Shown: positions 54,201 through 64,000 of the stretch, piece after piece
How the letters are laid out: each line of letters begins with the position of its first letter
Numbering within the stretch: position 1 is the stretch's first letter
Source of the DNA: Auanema rhodensis
Taxonomy: Eukaryota > Animalia > Nematoda
Assembly (NCBI GenBank): GCA_964057225.1
Contig: OZ059896.1
Coordinates: 1,178,001 to 1,242,000 of the forward strand
DNA length: 64,000 nt
Reading direction: 5' to 3'
Made by a program: the position numbers and the translations under genes
Notes under the pieces: generated by a model
Databases searched by the model: none
What the model was told of the DNA's origin: nothing
What the model saw: only the letters and a program-made list of their open reading frames with translations

Positions 54201-57200
54201 CTAGCGCAAATCTGATAACACAGATCGACGCAGCTTAAAAATCCGCATCGAATGCATTATACTACATAGAGAAACGCTCATCACAACAATAAGTTATGAT
54301 CGTTTGAAAAATGATGCATTAGTGTATGTTGAGTTTCCATGTACACTCAACATTGCTTCCAAAAACATTTTGACAAAATTTTTTCGAAAAATTTCAAAAT
54401 AATTTCGCAAAAAGTAGATGTTTTTAGATTTTTTTTTTTGAGGCAAAAACGATGGACAATGTTATTCAACGAAAAAATTAATTCTTCAGGGTGAAAATCG
54501 AGGATATAAGTGTGAACTTATATCAGTTAATATCTCGGTGCATTTTTAAGCTAGCGCAAATCTGATAACACAGATCGACGCAGCTTAAAAGTCCGCATCG
54601 AATGCACTATACTACATTAAGAAAAGCTTAATACAAAAATTAGTTATGATCGTTTGAAAAATGATGCATTAGTGTATGTTGAGTTTCCATGTACACTCAA
54701 AATTGCTTCCAAAAACATTTTGACAAAAATTTTTTCGAAAAATTTCAAAATAATTTAGCAAAAAGTAGATGTTTTTAGATTCCTTCTTTCAAGGCAAAAA
54801 CGATGGACAATGTTATTCAACGAAAAAATTAATTCTTCAGGGTGAAAATCGAGGATATAAGTGTGAACTTATATCAGTTGATATCTCGGTGCATTTTTAA
54901 GCTGGCGCAAATCTGATAACACAGATCGACGCAGCTTAAAAATCCGCATCGAATGCATTATACTACATGGAGAAACGCTCATCACAAAAATTAGTTATGA
55001 TCGTTTGAAAAATGATGCATTAGTGTATGTTGAGTTTCCATGTACACTCAACATTGCTTCCAAAAACATTTTGACAAAATTTTTTCGAAAAATTTCAAAA
55101 TAATTTCGCAAAAAGTAGATGTTTTTAGATTCCTTTTTTTGAGGCAAAAACGATGGACAATGTTATTCAACGAAAAAATTAATTCTTCAGGGTGAAAATC
55201 GAGGATATAAGTGTGAACTTATATCAGTTAATATCTCGGTGCATTTTTAAGCTAGCGCAAATCTGATAACACAGATCGACGCAGCTTAAAAGTCCGCATC
55301 GAATGCACTATACTACATTAAGAAAAGCTTAATACAAAAATTAGTTATGATCGTTTGAAAAATGATGCATTAGTGTATGTTGAGTTTCCATGTACACTCA
55401 AAATTGCTTCCAAAAACATTTTGACAAAAATTTTTTCGAAAAATTTCAAAATAATTTAGCAAAAAGTAGATGTTTTTAGATTCCTTCTTTCAAGGCAAAA
55501 ACGATGGACAATGTTATTCAACGAAAAAATTAATTCTTCAGGGTGAAAATCGAGGATATAAGTGTGAACTTATATCAGTTGATATCTCGGTGCATTTTTA
55601 AGCTAGCGCAAATCTGATAACACAGATCGACGCAGCTTAAAAATCCGCATCGAATGCATTATACTACATAGAGAAACGCTCATCACAAAAATTAGTTATG
55701 ATCGTTTGAAAAATGATGCATTAGTGTATGTTGAGTTTCCATGTACACTCAACATTGCTTCCAAAAACATTTTGACAAAATTTTTTCGAAAAATTTCAAA
55801 ATAATTTCGCAAAAAGTAGATGTTTTTAGATTCCTTTTTTTGAGGCAAAAACGATGGACAATGTTATTCAACGAAAAAATTAATTCTTCAGGGTGAAAAT
55901 CGAGGATATAAGTGTGAACTTATATCAGTTAATATCTCGGTGCATTTTTAAGCTAGCGCAAATCTGATAACATAGATCGACGCAGCTTAAAAGTCCGCAT
56001 CGAATGCACTATACTACATTAAGCAACGCTCAATACAAAAATTAGTTATGATCGTTTGAAAAATGATGCATTAGTGTATGTTGAGTTTCCATGTACACTC
56101 AAAATTGCTTCCAAAAACATTTTGACAAAAATTTTTTCGAAAAATTTCAAAATAATTTAGCAAAAAGTAGATGTTTTTAGATTCCTTCTTTCAAGGCAAA
56201 AACGATGGACAATGTTATTCAACGAAAAAATTAATTCTTCAGGGTGAAAATCGAGGATATAAGTGTGAACTTATATCAGTTGATATCTCGGTGCATTTTT
56301 AAGCTAGCGCAAATCTGATAACACAGATCGACGCAGCTTAAAAATCCGCATCGAATGCATTATACTACATAGAGAAACGCTCATCACAAAAATTAGTTAT
56401 GATCGTTTGAAAAATGATGCATTAGTGTATGTTGAGTTTCCATGTACACTCAACATTGCTTCCAAAAACATTTTGACAAAATTTTTTCGAAAAATTTCAA
56501 AATAATTTCGCAAAAAGTAGATGTTTTTAGATTCCTTTTTTTGAGGCAAAAACGATGGACAATGTTATTCAACGAAAAAATTAATTCTTCAGGGTGAAAA
56601 TCGAGGATATAAGTGTGAACTTATATCAGTTAATATCTCGGTGCATTTTTAAGCTAGCGCAAATCTGATAACATAGATCGACGCAGCTTAAAAGTCCGCA
56701 TCGAATGCACTATACTACATTAAGCAACGCTCAATACAAAAATTAGTTATGATCGTTTGAAAAATGATGCATTAGTGTATGTTGAGTTTCCATGTACACT
56801 CAAAATTGCTTCCAAAAACATTTTGACAAAAATTTTTTCGAAAAATTTCAAAATAATTTAGCAAAAAGTAGATGTTTTTAGATTCCTTCTTTCAAGGCAA
56901 AAACGATGGACAATGTTATTCAACGAAAAAATTAATTCTTCAGGGTGAAAATCGAGGATATAAGTGTGAACTTATATCAGTTGATATCTCGGTGCATTTT
57001 TAAGCTGGCGCAAATCTGATAACACAGATCGACGCAGCTTAAAAATCCGCATCGAATGCATTATACTACATGGAGAAACGCTCATCACAAAAATTAGTTA
57101 TGATCGTTTGAAAAATGATGCATTAGTGTATGTTGAGTTTCCATGTACACTCAACATTGCTTCCAAAAACATTTTGACAAAATTTTTTCGAAAAATTTCA

Positions 57201-60200
57201 AAATAATTTCGCAAAAAGTAGATGTTTTTAGATTCCTTTTTTTGAGGCAAAAACGATGGACAATGTTATTCAACGAAAAAATTAATTCTTCAGGGTGAAA
57301 ATCGAGGATATAAGTGTGAACTTATATCAGTTAATATCTCGGTGCATTTTTAAGCTAGCGCAAATCTGATAACACAGATCGACGCAGCTTAAAAGTCCGC
57401 ATCGAATGCACTATACTACATTAAGAAAAGCTTAATACAAAAATTAGTTATGATCGTTTGAAAAATGATGCATTAGTGTACGTTGAGTTTCCATGTACAC
57501 TCAAAATTGCTTCCAAAAACATTTTGACAAAAATTTTTTCGAAAAATTTCAAAATAATTTAGCAAAAAGTAGATGTTTTTAGATTCCTTCTTTCAAGGCA
57601 AAAACGATGGACAATGTTATTCAACGAAAAAATTAATTCTTCAGGGTGAAAATCGAGGATATAAGTGTGAACTTATATCAGTTGATATCTCGGTGCATTT
57701 TTAAGCTAGCGCAAATCTGATAACACAGATCGACGCAGCTTAAAAATCCGCATCGAATGCATTATACTACATAGAGAAACGCTCATCACAAAAATTAGTT
57801 ATGATCGTTTGAAAAATGATGCATTAGTGTATGTTGAGTTTCCATGTACACTCAACATTGCTTCCAAAAACATTTTGACAAAATTTTTTCGAAAAAATTC
57901 AAAATAATTTCGCAAAAAGTAGATGTTTTTAGATTCCTTTTTTTGAGGCAAAAACGATGGACAATGTTATTCAACGAAAAAATTAATTCTTCAGGGTGAA
58001 AATCGAGGATATAAGTGTGAACTTATATCAGTTAATATCTCGGTGCATTTTTAAGCTAGCGCAAATCTGATAACATAGATCGACGCAGCTTAAAAGTCCG
58101 CATCGAATGCACTATACTACATTAAGCAACGCTCAATACAAAAATTAGTTATGATCGTTTGAAAAATGATGCATTAGTGTATGTTGAGTTTCCATGTACA
58201 CTCAAAATTGCTTCCAAAAACATTTTGACAAAAATTTTTTCGAAAAATTTCAAAATAATTTCGCAAAAAGTAGATGTTTTTAGATTCCTTCTTTCAAGGC
58301 AAAAACGATGGACAATGTTATTCAACGAAAAAATTAATTCTTCAGGGTGAAAATCGAGGATATAAGTGTGAACTTATATCAGTTGATATCTCGGTGCATT
58401 TTTAAGCTAGCGCAAATCTGATAACACAGATCGACGCAGCTTAAAAATGCGCATCGAATGCATTATACTACATAGAGAAACGCTCATCACAAAAATTAGT
58501 TATGATCGTTTGAAAAATGATGCATTAGTGTATGTTGAGTTTCCATGTACACTCAACATTGCTTCCAAAAACATTTTGACAAAATTTTTTCGAAAAATTT
58601 CAAAATAATTTCGCAAAAAGTAGATGTTTTTAGATTCCTTCTTTCAAGGCAAAAACGATGGACAATGTTATTCAACGAAAAAATTAATTCTTCAGGGTGA
58701 AAATCGAGGATATAAGTGTGAACTTATATCAGTTAATATCTCGGTGCATTTTTAAGCTAGCGCAAATCTGATAACATAGATCGACGCAGCTTAAAAGTCC
58801 GCATCGAATGCACTATACTACATTAAGCAACGCTCAATACAAAAATTAGTTATGATCGTTTGAAAAATGATGCATTAGTGTATGTTGAGTTTCCATGTAC
58901 ACTCAAAATTGCTTCCAAAAACATTTTGACAAAAATTTTTTCGAAAAATTTCAAAATAATTTAGCAAAAAGTAGATGTTTTTAGATTCCTTCTTTCAAGG
59001 CAAAAACGATGGACAATGTTATTCAACGAAAAAATTAATTCTTCAGGGTGAAAATCGAGGATATAAGTGTGAACTTATATCAGTTAATATCTCGGTGCAT
59101 TTTTAAGCTAGCGCAAATCTGATAACATAGATCGACGCAGCTTAAAAGTCCGCATCGAATGCACTATACTACATTAAGCAACGCTCAATACAAAAATTAG
59201 TTATGATCGTTTGAAAAATGATGCATTAGTGTATGTTGAGTTTCCATGTACACTCAAAATTGCTTCCAAAAACATTTTGACAAAAATTTTTTCGAAAAAT
59301 TTCAAAATAATTTAGCAAAAAGTAGATGTTTTTAGATTCCTTCTTTCAAGGCAAAAACGATGGACAATGTTATTCAACGAAAAAATTAATTCTTCAGGGT
59401 GAAAATCGAGGATATAAGTGTGAACTTATATCAGTTGATATCTCGGTGCATTTTTAAGCTAGCGCAAATCTGATAACACAGATCGACGCAGCTTAAAAAT
59501 CCGCATCGAATGCATTATACTACATAGAGAAACGCTCATCACAAAAATTAGTTATGATCGTTTGAAAAATGATGCATTAGTGTATGTTGAGTTTCCATGT
59601 ACACTCAACATTGCTTCCAAAAACATTTTGACAAAATTTTTTCGAAAAATTTCAAAATAATTTCGCAAAAAGTAGATGTTTTTAGATTACTTTTTTTGAG
59701 GCAAAAACGATGGACAATGTTATTCAACGAAAAAATTAATTCTTCAGGGTGAAAATCGAGGATATAAGTGTGAACTTATATCAGTTAATATCTCGGTGCA
59801 TTTTTAAGCTAGCGCAAATCTGATAACATAGATCGACGCAGCTTAAAAGTCCGCATCGAATGCACTATACTACATTAAGCAACGCTCAATACAAAAATTA
59901 GTTATGATCGTTTGAAAAATGATGCATTAGTGTATGTTGAGTTTCCATGTACACTCAAAATTGCTTCCAAAAACATTTTGACAAAAATTTTTTCGAAAAA
60001 TTTCAAAATAATTTAGCAAAAAGTAGATGTTTTTAGATTCCTTCTTTCAAGGCAAAAACGATGGACAATGTTATTCAACGAAAAAATTAATTCTTCAGGG
60101 TGAAAATCGAGGATATAAGTGTGAACTTATATCAGTTGATATCTCGGTGCATTTTTAAGCTAGCGCAAATCTGATAACACAGATCGACGCAGCTTAAAAA

Positions 60201-63200
60201 TCCGCATCGAATGCATTATACTACATAGAGAAACGCTCATCACAAAAATTAGTTATGATCGTTTGAAAAATGATGCATTAGTGTATGTTGAGTTTCCATG
60301 TACACTCAACATTGCTTCCAAAAACATTTTGACAAAATTTTTTCGAAAAATTTCAAAATAATTTCGCAAAAAGTAGATGTTTTTAGATTCCTTTTTTTGA
60401 GGCAAAAACGATGGACAATGTTATTCAACGAAAAAATTAATTCTTCAGGGTGAAAATCGAGGATATAAGTGTGAACTTATATCAGTTGATATCTCGGTGC
60501 ATTTTTAAGCTAGCGCAAATCTAATAACACAGATCGACGCAGCTTAAAAAACCGCATCGAATGCACTATACTACATTGAGAAACGCTTAATACAAAAATT
60601 AGTTATGATCGTTTGAAAAATGATGCATTAGTGTATGTTGAGTTTCCATGTACACTCAAAATTGCTTCCAAAAACATTTTGACAAAAATTTTTTCGAAAA
60701 ATTTCAAAATAATTTAGCAAAAAGTAGATGTTTTTAGATTCCTTCTTTCAAGGCAAAAACGATGGACAATGTTATTCAACGAAAAAATTAATTCTTCAGG
60801 GTGAAAATCGAGGATATAAGTGTGAACTTATATCAGTTGATATCTCGGTGCATTTTTAAGCTAGCGCAAATCTGATAACACAGATCGACGCAGCTTAAAA
60901 ATCCGCATCGAATGCATTATACTACATAGAGAAACGCTCATCACAAAAATTAGTTATGATCGTTTGAAAAATGATGCATTAGTGTATGTTGAGTTTCCAT
61001 GTACACTCAACATTGCTTCCAAAAACATTTTGACAAAATTTTTTCGAAAAAATTCAAAATAATTTCGCAAAAAGTAGATGTTTTTAGATTCCTTTTTTTG
61101 AGGCAAAAACGATGGACAATGTTATTCAACGAAAAAATTAATTCTTCAGGGTGAAAATCGAGGATATAAGTGTGAACTTATATCAGTTGATATCTCGGTG
61201 CATTTTTAAGCTAGCGCAAATCTAATAACACAGATCGACGCAGCTTAAAAAACCGCATCGAATGCACTATACTACATTGAGAAACGCTTAATACAAAAAT
61301 TAGTTATGATCGTTTGAAAAATGATGCATTAGTGTATGTTGAGTTTCCATGTACACTCAAAATTGCTTCCAAAAACATTTTGACAAAAATTTTTTCGAAA
61401 AATTTCAAAATAATTTAGCAAAAAGTAGATGTTTTTAGATTCCTTCTTTCAAGGCAAAAACGATGGACAATGTTATTCAACGAAAAAATTAATTCTTCAG
61501 GGTGAAAATCGAGGATATAAGTGTGAACTTATATCAGTTGATATCTCGGTGCATTTTTAAGCTAGCGCAAATCTGATAACACAGATCGACGCAGCTTAAA
61601 AATCCGCATCGAATGCATTATACTACATGGAGAAACGCTCATCACAAAAATTAGTTATGATCGTTTGAAAAATGATGCATTAGTGTATGTTGAGTTTCCA
61701 TGTACACTCAACATTGCTTCCAAAAACATTTTGACAAAATTTTTTCGAAAAATTTCAAAATAATTTCGCAAAAAGTAGATGTTTTTAGATTCCTTTTTTT
61801 GAGGCAAAAACGATGGACAATGTTATTCAACGAAAAAATTAATTCTTCAGGGTGAAAATCGAGGATATAAGTGTGAACTTATATCAGTTAATATCTCGGT
61901 GCATTTTTAAGCTAGCGCAAATCTGATAACATAGATCGACGCAGCTTAAAAGTCCGCATCGAATGCACTATACTACATTAAGAAAAGCTTAATACAAAAA
62001 TTAGTTATGATCGTTTGAAAAATGATGCATTAGTGTATGTTGAGTTTCCATGTACACTCAACATTGCTTCCAAAAACATTTTGACAAAATTTTTTCGAAA
62101 AATTTCAAAATAATTTCGCAAAAAGTAGATGTTTTTAGATTCCTTTTTTTGAGGCAAAAACGATGGACAATGTTATTCAACGAAAAAATTAATTCTTCAG
62201 GGTGAAAATCGAGGATATAAGTGTGAACTTATATCAGTTAATATCTCGGTGCATTTTTCAGCTAGCGCAAATCTGATAACACAGATCGAAGCAGCTTAAA
62301 AATCCGCATCGAATGCACTATAATACATTAAGAAACGCTCAATACAAAAATTAGTTATGATCGTTTGAAAAATGATGCATTAGTGTATGTTGAGTTTCCA
62401 TGTACACTCAAAATTGCTTCCAAAAACATTTTGACAAAAATTTTTTCGAAAAATTTCAAAATAATTTAGCAAAAAGTAGATGTTTTTAGATTCCTTCTTT
62501 CAAGGCAAAAACGATGGGCAATGTTATTCAACGAAAAAATTAATTCTTCAGGGTGAAAATCGAGGATATAAGTGTGAACTTATATCAGTTGATATCTCGG
62601 TGCATTTTTAAGCTAGCGCAAATCTGATAACACAGATCGACGCAGCTTAAAAAACCGCATCGAATGCACTATATTACATTGAGAAAAGCTTAATACAAAA
62701 ATTAGTTATGATCGTTTGAAAAATGATGCATTAGTGTATGTTGAGTTTCCATGTACACTCAACATTGCTTCCAAAAACATTTTGACAAAAATTTTTTCGA
62801 AAAATTTCAAAATAATTTAGCAAAAAGTAGATGTTTTTAGATTCCTTTTTTCAAGGCAAAAACGATGGACAATGTTATTCAACGAAAAAATTAATTCTTC
62901 AGGGTGAAAATCGAGGATATAAGTGTGAACTTATATCAGATGATATCTAGGTGCATTTTTAAGCTAGCGCAAATCTGATAACACAGATCGACGCAGCTTA
63001 AAAATCCGCATCGAATGCACTATACTACATTAAGCAACGCTCAATACAAAAATTAGTTATGATCGTTTGAAAAATGATGCATTAGTGTATGTTGAGTTTC
63101 CATGTACACTCAAAATTGCTTCCAAAAACATTTTGACAAAAATTTTTTCGAAAAATTTCAAAATAATTTAGCAAAAAGTAGATGTTTTTAGATTCCTTCT

Positions 63201-64000
63201 TTCAAGGCAAAAACGATGGACAATGTTATTCAACGAAAAAATTAATTCTTCAGGGTGAAAATCGAGGATATAAGTGTGAACTTATATCAGTTGATATCTC
63301 GGTGCATTTTTAAGTTAGCGCAAATCTGATAACACAGATCGACGCAGCTTAAAAATCCGCATCGAATGCATTATACTACATTAAGAAAAGCTTAATACAA
63401 AAATTAGTTATGATCGTTTGAAAAATGATGCATTAGTGTATGTTGAGTTTCCATGTACACTCAAAATTGCTTCCAAAAACATTTTGACAAAAATTTTTTC
63501 GAAAAATTTCAAAATAATTTAGCAAAAAGTAGATGTTTTTAGATTCCTTCTTTCAAGGCAAAAACGATGGACAATGTTATTCAACGAAAAAATTAATTCT
63601 TCAGGGTGAAAATCGAGGATATAAGTGTGAACTTATATCAGTTGATATCTCGGTGCATTTTTAAGCTGGCGCAAATCTGATAACACAGATCGACGCAGCT
63701 TAAAAATCCGCATCGAATGCATTATACTACATGGAAAAACGCTCATCACAAAAATTAGTTATGATCGTTTGAAAAATGATGCATTAGTGTATGTTGAGTT
63801 TCCATGTACACTCAACATTGCTTCCAAAAACATTTTGACAAAATTTTTTCGAAAAATTTCAAAATAATTTCGCAAAAAGTAGATGTTTTTAGATTCCTTT
63901 TTTTGAGGCAAAAACGATGGACAATGTTATTCAACGAAAAAATTAATTCTTCAGGGTGAAAATCGAGGATATAAGTGTGAACTTATATCAGTTAATATCT
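51122..64000 (-). repeat. Same satellite in inverted orientation, right arm, ~37 copies
   Basis: The reverse complement AATTCTTCAGGGTGAAAATCG recurs every 350/351 bp (AAATCG at 51341, 51691, 52042, 52392, 52743 ... 63960). Confidence 0.99.
51341..61860 (-). repeat. Dimeric higher-order repeat, 701 bp (350 + 351 bp monomers alternating)
   Basis: Monomer spacing alternates 350/351 strictly from 51341 to 59052, has one extra 351-bp copy at 59052-59403, then alternates again to ~61856. Diagnostic alleles alternate in step (TTCGCAAAAAG/TTAGCAAAAAG, CTCATCAC/CTTAATAC or CTCAATAC). Confidence 0.92.

Noticed and set aside
58159-58350. 63-aa ORF from the supplied track
   Set aside because: It starts at TTG inside a satellite monomer. 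It is open only because this recombinant 351-bp copy has ATTTCG where its sisters have the stop ATTTAG. There is no protein-like feature or gene context.
1-64000. CRISPR array or variable-cassette system
   Set aside because: There are no unique spacers. The variable segment (pos 220-260) has only a few related point-variant alleles, and there are no associated genes.
1-64000. Tandem 5S rRNA, tRNA or snRNA gene array
   Set aside because: The unit is 70% AT, and I see no 5S sequence, cloverleaf or Pol III box motifs.
1-64000. Concatemeric sequencing or rolling-circle amplification artefact
   Set aside because: Variants are linked, recurrent and hierarchically ordered, as expected of an evolved array rather than random read error.

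Overview
The whole 64-kb window is one eukaryotic satellite DNA array with no genes, RNA genes or transposons that I can recognise. It holds about 182 tandem copies of an AT-rich 351/350-bp monomer (~30% GC by hand count of the first copy), and copies differ at only a few percent of sites. The array runs in one orientation from 1 to 51123 (~146 copies). It then flips at a sharp convergent junction (2-bp 'CT' overlap, 42-bp non-palindromic spacer) and runs reverse-complemented to the end (~37 copies). A second, complex templated rearrangement lies at 40547-40670: a 93-bp inverted fragment plus a 31-bp re-copy, sitting between two copies of a 319-bp duplication. Both rearrangements break at the same monomer position (GTGATGAG|C). 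Monomers are mosaics of a few head and tail haplotypes. The left arm has local, short-lived higher-order repeats (3-, 4-, 5-, 6- and 9-mers) and one 18.9-kb-offset duplication, while the right arm has a regular 701-bp dimer. Each monomer is dense in dyad symmetries. The single ORF in the track is a by-product of the satellite. I cannot name the satellite family or the species; an invertebrate (peri)centromeric or heterochromatic satellite is an inference only.
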